A DNA stretch of 64,000 nt from Eledone cirrhosa (GCA_964016885.1 OZ024741.1:302498001-302562000); one strand, 5' to 3'. Counted from the first letter of the stretch, positions 27,864-42,989 are shown. Translations and numbers: made by a program. The notes: generated by a model from the sequence alone, not told the origin.

Positions 27864-28658
27864 GTAAATACATTTTTTTTTTATCTTGCTGAAATTGCTT
27901 GGTAAATATTCCTTTCTTTTATTGAATTTGGTTGACCAATATGTTGTGTGGAATTGAGTAGACAGGTGCTCTGCAGAAGCTCATATATATAATAAAATTA
28001 TTCTGTTAGATTAAAGGAAAAAATAATCTTTAGATATACCTGTGCTTTTTACCTATATATGTGTGTGTGTGTGTTTACATTGTTCATATATATTCCATAA
28101 CTTGGTTGATAAAATAATTGGAATAAGCACTGGAGTTAATGATTGACAAAAATTCTTGAAGGCAGTGCCTCAGCATGGCAACAGTCCGAGGACTGACATT
28201 AATAAAAGAAAAGAATTGTGTCTTTTTGGTTGAATGGGTCTGTTCTAGGCTTGTCTCACTACTTTGTCACCTGATACAGTAAAAACTAATCCAATGTGCA
28301 TGACATGGTTTTACAGCTGGATGTTCTTATTGCCAACCATTTTTCATCAGGGACTTAGTGTGCTTTATCATGCCACTGAAACTAGACTCTAATACTGGAA
28401 AATTAATGTAAATTTCAAGCCAATTTTCATAGTAATTTTTAATATAAAGTTTATAGAAATGAATACACTAGTTGGACCTATGAAAATTCTATGGGATACA
28501 TTTTTAAAAAAGGAATTATATTATGTGCAGGCATAGCTTTGTGGTTAAGAAATTTGCTTTACAACCACATGCTTTCAGGTTTGATTCCATTGTGCGACAC
28601 CTTGGGGAAGAATCTTCTACGCAAACCAACCAATTCCTCAAATGGAATTTGGTGGTTT

Positions 28659-28700
<42 letters not shown>

Positions 28701-30051
28701 ATCCTCGCATTCGACATTGCTTGTTTCGGCAGTGGTGCTTGTGCTGCAATTCAGCTTCAATGGGTGAAGAGTGGTTGAATAGGTACCTGGATTTCAATTA
28801 CTATACTCAAAAACATGTTGGTGCCACAAAGGGCATCTAGCTGCAGAATGCTGCCTCAAAACAGTTTCCTTTAATCTCTGCCAGCATGGAAAAGCATAAG
28901 TAAAAACAGTAGTACACCAATAATTTAATGTATGTATATATTAATTACTAGTGAGAAGTTTTGTTTTACTGCTATACTGAACTATGAAGTGTATCTGAAT
29001 TGTAGTCAGCATGGTAAATACTTTGTTTGTATACAATATCTGTCATAATGAGCTAGCACTGGGGACATGAGACATCCAGTCCACCTTGTAAGGTGGTTGT
29101 AATGGTGCCATGACAAAAGAATGCAGTCCACGCTGTAAGACAGTTGTACTGGTTTCTTGAATAAAGCTCCCAGTTCATGCTGTAAAATGTTTACACAGTG
29201 TACTACCATTAACATACTGTGCTTCTTTATTTATATTGTTGAGTTTGGTAGACTTTATTTTTGCCTTAAATTAAGAACATATAGCCAATAGTTAGGGCTA
29301 GAGTGATTAAGAGAGAATAGTGGTTGTTTATAGATCATGTAAACTTAGTTAGTTGGAAATGTTGGAACAGTTTGTTAGTGTGCTATAAGTTTCTAAGATA
29401 AATATAACACAGCTGACTTGAGACAAGGCATCCCCACTTTCTCACTCCCAGGTCAAACCTTAATATAGTCATTATTTTTCCTAATGCTGGGGCCATGGTA
29501 AAATGCACACAGCCTACACTGTAAAGTGGTAGTGTAGGTATATTAAAATGCGTAAAGTAGTCTTGTTGCCACAAAATGCACCCAGTGGTTGGCATTAGGA
29601 AGAGTATCCAACTGTAGAAACCATGCCAAAATGGAATGTATAAGAAAGGTGCTATCTGACTCATCTAGTCTCAGGGCGTGATGATTTGTCCAACCCCTGC
29701 TAGCATTGTAAATAAACTTAAAACGATATGTAAGTGGTGTATTTAAAGCTTCTGCTAAGATGGTGAATTAACTTGTGTAGGTGATTATCTTGAAATAGCA
29801 AACAAATGATAGTTTACTGAGTGGGTAATTAGTTCAAACCTTAATATAATCATTATTTTTCTATTAGTAAAATGCTTCTACGTGGTGAATAAGCTGTTAA
29901 AATATTTCTTCCAATAAAAATTGGATGGATGTGAGATAGATTAAAAATAAAATTGAATTTGTTTATTTGTTATAAATTGATTCCTTTGTGGTTGCTTATC
30001 AACTTGCTTTTTGTTTGACTTTGCTAATATTCTTTTCATTTATTTCAATAG

Positions 30052-30213
30052 GATTTACCAAATGCTATGAATGCTGCAGAAGTGACTGATAAGTTGGCGC
30101 TACATTCCTTGGTTAATAGGTCCTGGTATATCCAAGCAACCTGTGCAACAAGTGGGGATGGATTGTATGAAGGACTTGATTGGTTGTCAAATCAATTGAA
30201 AAATGGAAAATAA
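30052..30213 (+). CDS. ARF1: ARF1 coding exon 4 ([53 protein letters not shown])
   Basis: Manual translation; aatag acceptor; TCAT motif; TAA at 30211-30213; total CDS 546 nt = 181 aa plus stop. Confidence 0.96.
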   Translation, partial: DLPNAMNAAEVTDKLALHSLVNRSWYIQATCATSGDGLYEGLDWLSNQLKNGK

Positions 30214-32010
30214 GTTTCAAGGAGGAAATGTCTGTATAAATTTCAAAAGTGGCTGCCTGCAGGTTGACTGTTGCCTGTCAGTATGCATTCACTTTTGTTC
30301 ATTCCCTCAGTTTCACATTGTCTGTACAGTCCGTGTTCATTTGTTATTCAAATTCAGTGCCAGGGTTTCAGTACTTTTCTCTCGCTCTCCTGTTGGGGAA
30401 CTGGCCCTTACACAATGTAAGATAAATTAATAGTTCTTTATGGTCAAAGTATTCAGCTATAAACTATTACTAGGGGTTACTCAGAATGTTCTTCTCGGCA
30501 GCAGCAGTGGTGATGGCATTGTGCCATGGTAGTGATAATGGTGACTGTTTGTTTTAAATTACCATCACCACTGTTGCTATAGGTAGAAAATTAAATAAAA
30601 AAAATAAAAAGTTTAAAAAAAAATTTAAAGAAAAAAAAATGAAATGCCATCAGCTCCATCAGCTTTTTTTGTTTTTTCATTCATAACAGAAACTTTTTCT
30701 GTTAGACTTTAATAATTTACTTTATTTTTCCTGTAAATTTTTGTCTCCTCCTTCAAGTTGCTTGGAATTAATGATGTGGACATTCTAGTAATCATAGAGG
30801 GTGGAGAATCATTTTTTTCCCAGAGAAATAAAGCAGAACTATTGATTAAAAAATATATTGAAAAAACAAAACTTAACAGCTTGGTATTGGTCAGTCTGCC
30901 TGTCTAACATGGCATTTTTTTTCCTGTTGGCTTTGTAAAATTTAAAATCTAAAGTGTGCTTATATAAGATTTTCTCTTTTCTTCTCTTAAATATATACCA
31001 TTTTCTGAAACCAAGTTAGACATTCCATGTTTTTTTTTTTTTGTTTTGTTTTTTTTACTTATCTTTTCTGACAACATATGTTCCTGAAAAAAAAAATTCC
31101 TCTTCTTTGATACTGATGAAATCAATACTTATCACAGCATTTGCATAACTGGCTGTTGGTGGATTGCTTAACTTTTTGTTCAATCGTCTCTTGTGTTTTA
31201 GGCATGACATTAAAACTACATTCCAGGTTAACATTGCTTCATGAAATATATTTTCTTTTTGCAAAATTAATGAGCTAACTTTAATGAATTATACCATAAG
31301 AGGCATCTAAATCTGTTAACTTACTTACTCCTGTTTCCATTGTTCTATGACTCATCTCATTGCCTGAATACATAATTCATCTTCAGTTAGAATGCGAGAA
31401 GAATGATAATTATGTCTATATAATTGGCATTATATGAGGGATTATCTGGTTGTGTCATCAGAAAATTGCAGGGATACGTGTTATTTGAAAATTAAAATAG
31501 TGGAAAAAATATATCTAAAACAAAAAATACATTGAAGAGTTCTTGCATAAGTCAGCTTTAAATTGTATGCAGGAATTTTTTTTTTTCTTTCCAGTTTTTT
31601 TCCCCTCCACTTATATTGATAGTGTTCCTTCTGTGTTTCCAACAGTGCATGTTTTGTTGCATTTCCTACTCATTCTTAGTTGGCATGGAATTAGAATATA
31701 TCAGATATTAATTGCAATTTTATGTTGATTTAGACCCCCTGCTCTGTTTCCCCCTTCCTTCCCCTCCTCCTCATATCTCTGTCATAGCCCTATCTAGTTA
31801 GACTTGTTGCTCATCTTCGTGCAATATCTTTGTGTTTCTCTGGAATCACTTAATCTATAAATTTGGGTTGGCTGAAAGTTTGCAAATGAAGTTAAAAATT
31901 CTTTGAGGTGACTGACCATTCTTAATAGCCAGTAATTCTCGCATGTCATTTGCATGAATTATTCAAATGTATATTGCATACAGATCTAATAAATATTTGA
32001 ACTCCCCTTT
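30214..32010 (+). other. Probable ARF1 3'UTR with distal polyadenylation signal
   Basis: About 1.8 kb without recognisable TEs after the stop; AATAAA at 31988-31993 followed by U/GU-rich sequence; proximal AATAAA motifs near 30594-30608 and 30827. Confidence 0.55.
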
Positions 32011-33009
32011 TCATTGCTAATTTCTCTGTGAATTCACTTTTTTTTTCTTGTTTTAATATTTGCTTTGATTACCATTTGATATAATTCCAAGTTTAAGCCA
32101 AAGCCTGCTTTCGTTTAAACTAATAGGATTTTAGATTCTTTAGCCTAGAAATCACCATTACTGTTTATCTATTATTTCCATGCTTGCATAGGTTAAACAA
32201 GTTGTCACATTGAGGCCAGACAGGTTAGGTGACCACATCTATCTTATAATCTTATTTTGGCTTGATTTTCTACAGCTGGATGCCTTTCCTAATGCCAAAC
32301 ACAACATAGCATGTACTTGGAGCTATTTTTTGTAGCACCAGCACTACCACCTTACAGGCTGGTCTATTAGTATTTTGATTGGAATAATTATAGATATTAG
32401 CAGATGAAGTAGATGTGATTTAACAAGTAGATGAAACCACTGTAAGATATGTTTACTGCACTTTTATTTATCTGCTGCTAATGCACAGCTTAGCTGAAAG
32501 TACTGGAAGCAATTTATAAACCTTGCTTGGAGCTATTGAAAATTTAACAAATTACTACTGCATGCTGCCATTTTTTTTTTTTCATTTTTTTTTTTCATTT
32601 TTTTTTTTCATTTTTTTTTTTTTCATTTTAAACCACCTTGCCATTTAACAAGTATCTGATTAGTTACAGCTACTTGTTTGAGAGAACTGGTGCTTTAAGT
32701 TTGCATTAAACATTGAACATGGATTTTGTAATTTATTTAAACAAATTGACTTAATATAATGCAATTTGTTGGATTAAACCTTCAGGAAAAATTGGATTTG
32801 TCTATATAATTTTCTTAGTGAGTTCTATGGTTTTATAACTCCAGGTAATTTTAAAACCTATATTTTGAGAAAATATAATTGTATTCTATCAGGTTTACAA
32901 AATTGTGAAATAATTTCTGTGGCATTGAGATTAATCATCCAATGGAGAGGATGCTAGGTAATTTTCAGAACATTTGGAATACTGAACTATTTTGGAACTG
33001 GTCAATAAT

Positions 33010-33885
33010 GAAGGCATGTAGAGATCCTGAACACTAGATCTTGCTTGCAGTCTGACCTGGACACAATGCAACAATGGATCTCAGACTGGCAACTCAAGCT
33101 AGCTGTGGACAAGTGCACCACTATGCATTTTGGGAGTAAAAATCCAGCGTCCACATCACTAATATCAAGGTCTTCTTGTGAACGTGACCTGGGCATTACG
33201 GTCAGCAGCGATTTGCGTTGGACGAAGCACGTCTCTAAAATTGTCAAGAGGGCCGAGGGTGTCTTAGCATCACTCAGCAAGACCTTTGTCAGCCGCTCTC
33301 CAGATATCTATTTATGGCTATGGTGCGGCCACACTTAGAATTTGCATCACCAGTCTGGAACCCCTATCTTGCTCAGAACATTGACCGCCTGGAAACTGTT
33401 CAGAGATGTGCAACCAAGCGAATACCCTCCATCAGGCATCTACCATACTCTGAGCGCCTTGCTTCCCTGGGCATGGATACATTGAAGATCCGACGCCCAC
33501 AAAATTGTTAACCATCTTGCCAACAACAACCCTGAGTACCTTTTTGATTTCCATGTGTGGACATGCCCACAAAGTCAGAAAACGGCACAGTTCTCATGAC
33601 TTTCGGAAACATTTTTTCATGCTCAGAGTTGCTGAAGCATGGAACAAACTACCTGCATCAGTTGTTAGCTGTCGAGACACTGCATCCTTTAAGGCCTCCA
33701 TGCTTTCCGAGATCCGCCAACACTACAGCTAATGTTCCCCTTCCATACACACATGTATACCAAGACTCATACACTATTCACTTCCCTGACATTTGTGTAT
33801 TATTCTATGTACTATACATACACCTTTGACGAGTTGTAGTGCACCTGGGCACTTTACACAATAATTTCATTATTATTATTATAAT
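33010..33885 (+). mobile_element. 5'-truncated CR1/L2-group LINE (RT C-terminus plus 3'UTR)
   Basis: LQSDLDTMQQWISDWQLKLAVDKC and MVRPHLEFASPVWNPYL motifs; (ATT)n tail. Confidence 0.85.
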
Positions 33886-36800
33886 AATGTTGCAGACTAT
33901 ATTTAGTTCGTTTTGCTCCTTATGGAGCATTGGGCAACCTTGGTTGTTTCTTTAGCAATTTTGATTAATTGACGTAAGGTTGCTAGCTTCACACTCATCT
34001 CGCTTCTTTTCTCAACACAGGCCAAAAACCAGCCTAACATTTTGAAATCAAGGGGCTCCATAACCCTTAATAAGTGCCCATTTCAGGTACTATCAGCTTG
34101 AGACTGGGACTCGAAACACTTTACACTTTTCAGAACATATAATGCTATGTCCAGTATTGAAATATTTCTTTAAATCATTTCACTCTACTTTAAAAGATTC
34201 AAACTCTAGGTCTGATTCTATTCTATTGTGTTCCAGCTGACAGCCTGAGGCCATGCTAGACCACTTTCCATTAATTGCCAACAATGTATTCATATTGTAA
34301 AGTTAACACCACCAGTATCTTTTTGTCTGCTCTTCTATGCTGGCTTGAGTGGGATGGGTTGTTACAGACCAAGTTGGTATTTAAATGGAGCTACTATCCT
34401 ATTAGATAGGTTCAGGGACCATGTTTTGGTTTTTTTTTTTTAATGCCAATCATTTTATGGCATACTTGGTGCATCAGCATTAAGATTGTTTTTAACCTGA
34501 CTAAAGAGTCCTCTCAACTCTTTTTGACATGGTTTCTATGGCTGGATGCTTTTTTTTTTTATTGCCATTTTAGAGTACTGTGTGCATGTTTACTATGATA
34601 CTAGCACTAACTTGGCTAAAGTCATCCCAACCCTATGTTGTTAACATTCAAATTTTTGGTGTATTCTAAGTACATTTATTCCAAGGTAAATGTATTTGAA
34701 ATTGAAAATAGAATGAGTCATGGAGTTACTGTGATTGAGTATTGGAAGTTGTGCAAGAGGAGTGTAAATGCTCAAAATAACATTTTCTGATGTGTTTTTA
34801 TTTTTGTAGTGGTTGATGTAACCTTGATTTTCTTCAGAAAACATCATTTCACTTTTCCCTACTAAATGAACTCAACATACTGCTGTAAAAGTGCAAGATT
34901 TTAAAAAACATGTTTGACAAAGTGTTATGCAATACTATTTGTCTTTATGGGTAAAGCATATTGTAGGTGGTGAATTGGCAGTCATTAGAACATTGGATAA
35001 AATGTTTTTCAGTATTTGTTTCAGCTCTTTGTATCCTGAGTTGAAAATTCAGAGGTCAACTTTGCCTTTCATCCTTTTGAGCTTGATTTAAAAAAAAAAA
35101 ATGTTATGTACTTATTCAGCATTAGGGTTGATTTCTTCTATATTGCTTTTTCACTTCTCTACCACTCCTTCACTGGAAGAAATCAGTTGGGTTCAAACTG
35201 CCTTGGAATTTTTTATACAAAACTGCTCACTATAAAATTAAAGCTTTTCATCCTAATTTTGAGAATTTTTCGTTAATGTTCTGAATATCAGCTTACTAAT
35301 GAAAAACTTAATTATTTTATTAAATTCCAAATTTTTGGTCATTTTTGAAATTAATTGAAAGATATAGGCAGTGTTCATTTGAAATATAGTAAAGAAAGGA
35401 TTAAATATTCATTAATTATTCTAGCCAAAATATAAATATTAGTTCCTCAATAGTTTTTAAGATTGCAATGTTATATATTGAATATTTTCATCTTACCATA
35501 TTTTTAAATTAAACTATTTGAATTACTGAGGGTATTTAATTAAGATGGTATTTCTTGTATAAGATTCCAATTTACATCTGAATTTAAAATGGGTAGCTTC
35601 ATTTCATAGCAGCAGATTGAAAAAGTTAAATTCTTTTTACTCTCTGGTCTCAAATAATTGTCTTGCACGCAACAGATTTTTTCCACCCTTCCCACACCCC
35701 CACTTAGATTTTGCTAATCTATCTCTGGCGAAATTTTATTTTAAGTGGTGCAACAATTTTCTTTATCCATTAAAAAACATGGGGTCTCGTAAACTAAATA
35801 ACATTCTGATTTTTAAGTCAAGAGACAACCTAGAAAAATTGCCTATTTTATTATTTGGGACACTGGTAAGTGAACATTAAAGCAAATCTTTAGTTACTTT
35901 TCATCTCACTACATTGCATATCTGAAACCTTATTATATTTGTAGTATACACGATGCTCCCCTAATATATTTCCTATCAGCTATATTGTAAATATTCATTA
36001 TCAGTGACACTACTACATTTCTTCTATTTGGGTGTGTATTGGGTATGTACTTACTTAATTGTACCTGTGGTGGCATTGACCTGGCTCCATCAGAGGAGTT
36101 TGCAGTGTAAGTTCATTTCAATGGAATTTCTATGGCCGATTGGTTTCACATGCGGTGCTCAGCTGCAAGTATGTGCATATTAGGATAGTGCAATCCAAGC
36201 TTTGCATCGGTTATAGTGCTGAGCTCTCATTGTCACACCCAACCCAATTTGGTGGGGCCAATGCCGATAATTCTAATTAACTCAGTAGGAATTGAGCAGG
36301 TGAAACATTGAACAAAGATGGCTGACTTAAGTGTTGGTGTTTCAGTCATAGCTGTGCATGAGGTCTATGCCAGCATTGAAGGGATTGTCATGTTTGTAGC
36401 CTAGTGGTCAGGATGTTGGACTCCCTACCATAAAGTCATGGATTTGATTCTTGCATGTAGACACTATTTATGAGCAAAACACTTAACGTTGTTTTTCATG
36501 GCATGACTAAAAGCTGTGTAATTAAAATAACTAAACCTATAGGAGGCCAGTTTACCTGCATAAATGTAAACTAAAAATTGCATTTCATGATAGGAGGCCC
36601 CCAATCCTATTATTAAAAGCACACAAGAAACCTCATTAGAGACCAGCATTGATGTGTACTATAAATTTCATTTTATTTATTTTTTATTGCTTTTCTTCGT
36701 AGGGGGCCCAGTCATATAATTAAAAGCTCCCGCAAAAACATATACCTCATACGAGGCCAGCTAAAACTGCTGGGGTGTAAAGTATAGATTTCATTTTTTT

Positions 36801-37269
36801 AAAATTTATTTCAAGAAATATAACTTTTTGTTAGCTTCTTAATGTTCCCTGTATTAAATGATGAAGAAAAATTGAGATGGTTTGGGGCTCAATATTTGAT
36901 TCTTTTGACTAATACACTTACACTTGCCAAAGAATGTTAGTTTCATACATGTATATTCTGAGGGTGTTCAAAATCTTAATGAATTTGTGGAAATCTTTTC
37001 TTGTAATCTAATTAGAAAGATTTTGAACTTAACATTACTTTGAATTCATTGTTAATTGGTTTCGTAACTAACCAGTTATCCATCCAAAAATTAGATGTCA
37101 CTGTTCAGTTAGTTAGGTTGGTTTGCTCTGTTACTTTAGAAACACGTTCTTAGGAAGGTTACATTTTGTTTCATCAGTTCATAAAGTCCTCTACTGCAAG
37201 GCATTCTTGAAAAGTACAAACCGGTACTGTGACTGCAACTCATTGTCCATTTTTTTTTTTTTTTTTTTT

Positions 37270-38200
37270 TAATGCTAGCATGGGTTACACAAGTTCTCCT
37301 GTTGTGAGACGAGTCAGATCAGATGGCCTGTGTCTTGCTCATTCAGAACTGTTTCTGGCTTGGTTTTTACAGCTGGATGCTCTTTGTAATGCCAACTACA
37401 TTTGCAGTGTGAACTGGGTGCTTTTTATTGTGGCATCAACACGACCACTTTACAGTGTAGACCGGGTGCTTTTCTTTGTTGTCACCAACATGACCATCAT
37501 TACAGGAGGGATTGGGTGCTTTTTGTTGTGGCACCAAAACAACCACTTTTCAGTGGGGCACTTAGCTGGTGAAGAGTGGAGTGGGAAAGTAGAAGTGGTG
37601 CATTCTAGAAACCACTAGTTGTATGCTTCAACCTGTGCACATGGGAAGGTAGGTCTTCTGCATTACTGCACAACACTAGAAATCTCAATCCTGTGTCATC
37701 ACCTTAGAGGTGCAATTGTGCAAGGTCAGCTTTTATCACTTAATCCCCCAAATCTTCCTCTTCCATCTTTTTATGCAGCTGTCATCCTTTATACACATCA
37801 CATGTCCATACCATTGCCATCTCCTCTCTTGCACACTGCATCTGATCCTATTTATGACAAGTTTTGCCATTCATGTATATTACTGTTACACACCCATTGG
37901 AGCATATAAAGTTCATTTCTTTCCAATCTTAGTAGGTCCTCTGCACACATTGCCCAGGTCTTACTACCATGCAATATTATTCATATACATATATTATATT
38001 CATTTTTAAGGATAAAACGTTTTGTAGCTAGCAGTTCCAGGTCTCACTACAATGCTTCATTTTGAGGGAAAGCAGCATAAGTATCTCCCTGAACTTTTCC
38101 CAACCCATTCTCACTCTGACTACTGTACTTTTGGAACACCCACCCACCTCTACTGCTAATTTAGTCAATCAGTTAACAAAAACTGCTACAGAACTCTTAA
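37270..38200 (-). mobile_element. Degenerate RTE LINE 3' fragment
   Basis: Reverse-complement similarity to the RTE 3' end at 47.7-48.6 kb. Confidence 0.65.
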
Positions 38201-40194
38201 GAATTTGATAGAGCTTGTTTCCTTGCTTTTCTGCTTACTGTTCCTGTGTGATGGCCACATGTAAAAACCTATGTTCTTAGTTAGCTTAACTGAGATCCCG
38301 CTACATTTCTTGTGTAGCCATAGTTTGCATTTGGGACTGAGGATGGAATTTTTCCCCACCCGTTTTCCTTAATATAAACTAAAACAAAGTCGATATGTTG
38401 GCTTTGACTCAGCTCCTTAATATCATATCTATTGTTCCCTTTCATTACTTTACCTTTAATATCCTGAACCACATTAACAAGACATTCTTGAAACAGCACC
38501 GACTATATGATATTAGAAATAAGTAGTCTAATACTACAAATTTTCACAATGATCTGTCCACAAGTAAAGAAACTATAAACATTTGAATTAACAAACTAGA
38601 TTTTAGATATTTTTTCCTAAATTATTACAGTAAGTTAAGAATTATGAAAAAAATTAATTTTACTACAAAATTATGTTTAGCAAGTTATTTGGATATCAAG
38701 TACATTTTCCAGTTCTCTTCAATAATGTCATATGTTGACTTATTACAGAAAGTGAAATTGGGTAGATGGAAACTGTAGAAGCCCATTAGATGTATTGAAC
38801 CAGCAATCCAAAAGGTCTAGCCTTGAAAAATTAGTGTCACACTGATTCAGTCTGAGAATCTTGGTGACACATGTCTGTGAATTACTCAATAACTTGCATG
38901 TTAATTTAGGACACTCAGCTGATTAAACAAGGGAACTTGGTTGGAACAAAAGAGAGGATGTGTGTTGCATGCAAGAGACCAGATGGAGAGGAGCATCTGC
39001 TAGCACCTTATAAACAAAGAGCGATGCTACAAATTTTCTGGGTGGAGTAGGTATCCTGTTAGTAGAAAAATAGATTGTTGTAAGTCTGACAGAATCATTC
39101 AACTCAAAATTGTCTTAAGTAAAATAACTATAAGTATTATATCTGCATATGCAACCCAATCAGGATTGTCAGATGAACTAAGACAACTTTTACGAATCCC
39201 TATTGCAGACTACTTCCCTAATGAGTGATGATGAACTAATAATCCTAGCAGGTGATTTTAATATGCATGTTAGAAAACATATTTTCTATGGGGTTCGCGA
39301 AGGAAGGATCAAGGCTAGGCTCCTGTGATGCCAATATTATCTCTCAGGCATCAATGTGTGTATGTATCTATGCACACAGCCACACCTAGATTTGGTTACT
39401 CCTAGATGCAGGCATGGCTAAGTGGTTAAGACGATCACTTTGCAATCATGAGCTACTGCGTTTGATCCCACTGTATGACATCTTTTTCATAAGGAAGGAC
39501 ACATTGAACTATGCTGTTGTTATTGCTTGTGTAAGTTTAGCCAGCCTCCTATGAAGTTGCGCCTCATCAGAGCAGTGATTCCCAACGTGGGGTGGATGCT
39601 CCCAAAGTAATTTGAAAATGATGTTTATGAGAGTAGACTTCAACTTTTACCTTTTTTTACACCAAGTCAATTTTGGAACAAATTACTGTTGGAAAATCCT
39701 GTCTCATCATCATCTCCACACATTATTGTGCATCTGGCATCACCCATATGCCAATTTGTTTACACTTTGTAGTTGATCATTGCTGTTTTTATATCAAAGT
39801 GAGGCATAAAAATGTTCCAGATGTTGAGGTGGGGCATGGGGCACAAAAGAGGTTTCTGAAGTATTTTAATGATAGAGTCCCCCCAATCCTATCATCATTT
39901 TTTTAGTGAAAGGGAGTAGAATTTGTACTCAGAAAGCACAGATCTAGAACTGATTCTATCCAATGTGCTAAAAAATGCTGCAACTCCACCACACTAGATT
40001 AGTACTTTAATTTATTAACCTTCAAAAATAAAGTCGACCTCAACATGATTTTCAACTCAAGATGCAGAAAACAGGAACAAATAATACATTTTATCTGCTG
40101 ATCTAATGACCCAGCCAACTCACAGCATGGACAATGTACTACTAGAAATACAAAAAGAAAAAAATGTGATGGTGACAGCTGGAATGCTTTTGAT

Positions 40195-40765
40195 TCATCA
40201 TCATCATCTTCGTTTAACGTCCATCTTCCACGCTAGCATGGGTTAGACGGGAGTTGTCCCACATGAGGCAAGGTAGGTCGGGTGACTGTCTCGCTCATAT
40301 AGGACTATCTGGCAGGTTTTCTACGGCTGGATGCCCTTCTTAACACCAACCACATTTACAGTGTGGAACTGGGAACTTTTTACCGTGTTACCTATACGGC
40401 CACATTAGAGCGTGGACCTTTTTTTTTTCCGTTGTGACACCTACGCAATCTCATTTATTTGGACTGGATGTTGTGGGAGTGGGAGGATGGGGTAGTGGAT
40501 TGGGGTGTATACTTGGTTAAGAGGTACCTACTGACTAGGTTTCGCTTTGTACAGATCTCGGTCCAGTGACATTGTCCTCGGGAGGTGCAAGTGTGTAAGG
40601 TAGGAATTTATCAGATCATACCAGGTTTTTCTGGGTCTACCTACTCCGTAACTTCCATCAATTTTGATTGCCCTGCACTTTTTTATACAGCTGTCGTCTT
40701 TCATGCGCATCATGTGGCCATACCAACGTAGTCTTCTCTCAAGTAAACAGGATCTGATCCCTCTA
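40195..40765 (-). mobile_element. RTE LINE 3' fragment
   Basis: WYGHMMRMKDDSCIKKC..GRPRKTW; (CAT)n tail at the left end. Confidence 0.8.
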
Positions 40766-41762
40766 CATAGATATTAGATAGAGCCCTTAACTCCTGATGG
40801 GGTTGTAGAGGTAATGTCCTGACTTACTGTGTGTCTTGGGCATTTTAAACTTAGCAGAGAACATTTCTCTCCATGTCAGAATACAGCTGATTTCTTCCAG
40901 AGAAAGAAAGAAAGAGATAGATGAAGAACTATTGGACTGGTACTTTATTTATCAACCTCAGAAGGATGCAAGGCAAAGTTGACAGCAGGATTTGAACTCA
41001 GAGTGTAGTGAACCAGAACAAATACTGAAGCATTCTTAATCTGATCCTCTAATGGCTTTGCTCAATTAGGGTTAAAAATAAAAAAATAAATACAAAATCC
41101 TTAATCACAAAGGATTAAGAATCGGAAATATATCTTTTATATATGTCATATTTTCAGAGCCTTAACTCTAATTATTCATGGTTTATGACAGCTCTGTACT
41201 CATCACCCTTTAACATCTATTTTCCATGCTTGCATGGGTCAGACAGGTTATCATGTACTGAAGCTAGACTGGTCAGGTAACTTAACAAAGCAGTGTATTG
41301 GTGAAATGGGAGGGCATTGGTTTTCCAATTTTTATCTTTTTCTATATTCTAAGTTCAAATCTTACTAGGGTTTACTTCATTTATATGGGATTGATAAATT
41401 AAATATCAGGTTAGAAGGGTAAATATCTACTTACTCTGTAAACGTTCAATATTTTTAACTGAAGAAAAAGCATCTACATGCTAGAAACAATAGTTAAATC
41501 ATGAAATCACATCCTGATTTCTTAAGAAAGGAAAGTCATATTCAACAATGTACTTCTAGATATGGGGGGGAAAAAAAGGATGCTTATGAATGGAATGTCT
41601 CTGCTAAATCAAGATTGACCTGGGGTTAAACAATAACATACATGGTCTTGTATAAGAAATCAGTTCTATGAAACTTTTTTCTTATTACTTACATAGGTGG
41701 AAAGTAGTGCTCATGATCCTTTTCAACGCTTCTGAAACTGGTGGTAATGAAGGAAGGTGTCC

Positions 41763-41973
41763 TTAACCCATTAGCATTTAAACCGGCCATATCTGGCCAG
41801 AATTCTCTCTTTTTTCTGTTCAAACCGGTCATAACCGGCCGCTCATATCAATGTTATGGTGTTGTTCTCAAAATAAATATCAAAATCTTGTAGATTCAAT
41901 ATTATGTGAGATAAAGCCTTTTCTGTGAAAATACAACAGTAAATATAGAGTAATATAAATGCTAAAGGGTTAA
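41763..41973. mobile_element. piggyBac-type MITE with intact termini
   Basis: TTAA|CCCATTAGCATTTA ... TAAATGCTAAAGGG|TTAA. Confidence 0.85.
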
Positions 41974-42989
41974 TCTGAAGGCATGACCTGAATGCTTACA
42001 ACAGAGTGGACTCTATTACCAGGTGATGAATTAAGCCTACCATTCAAGTAGGCCACAGAGGGATTTTAACTCAGAATGCAAAGAGCTAAAAGAAATACAA
42101 GGCATCCTACCTGATGCTCTAACAATTCTGCCAGTCCTCCGCCTTAGACTTATACTTTATTTATCATCACCAGCCAACAAACGATGAAAGGCAAAGTTGA
42201 TCTAGGCAAGATTTTAACTTGTAACACCAGGAGCCAAAATAAATACTGCAAGGCATTTCATCTGATGTTCTAATGTTTCTGCTAATTTGTTACCCAAATT
42301 ATAGCTTAAATGGGCAAGTATTCACATGCCCTGACACAACATCACATTTTATTTCCTAAGTAAGGAAGAAGTTAAATTACACAAAAAACATCTTCAGCTC
42401 CCTTTGGGGCATTGGGCAATGAGGAATCTTCATTTTGCATGGTTGCAGGCCTTGTCATGGCTCTACTCCCAGGCCAGGGACATGTCTTTCTCCACAAACC
42501 CCAACAAAGTCTTGACAGGACTCACTTGTTTCCTACACCCTCCTTGGCTTCCATTTGAGGGAGGCCCTCAGCAGTCTCTTTAAAGATCTGTTGTTTCTGT
42601 AGCATTTATTTTTATTAATGGAAGGAGGCAATCTATAATACTCCAAATAATGCTTAGTCTGGTTCACCAATCTCGATCTGCCTCTCTAACCATTGTGCAT
42701 ATGTCATACAAGAAGAAGATTAATGGAAGGTTGCTAGCCTCATGTTCTATCCCTTCTCTTTTCTCAACACAGGCTGAAAATTAACCTAGCATTTCGAAAT
42801 TATGGAGAGAGGGTCTGTAATCCCGGATTATATTAATCCTGGTTCTTTCCAAGTACCAACAGCTGAAGCTAGCTAAGCCTGTGACTCAAATCATTTCATT
42901 CTATTTTCATAGCAGAAAAGACTAAAATCAACAACAAAAATAAAATTAAAAAGGCGACTCAAATATCAGGATGTAGGATCAGTTGGCTG

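Noticed and set aside
32569-32628. Regularly spaced CATTTTTTTTTT units
   Set aside because: Simple low-complexity tandem repeat with no spacers; not CRISPR-like, and the DNA is eukaryotic
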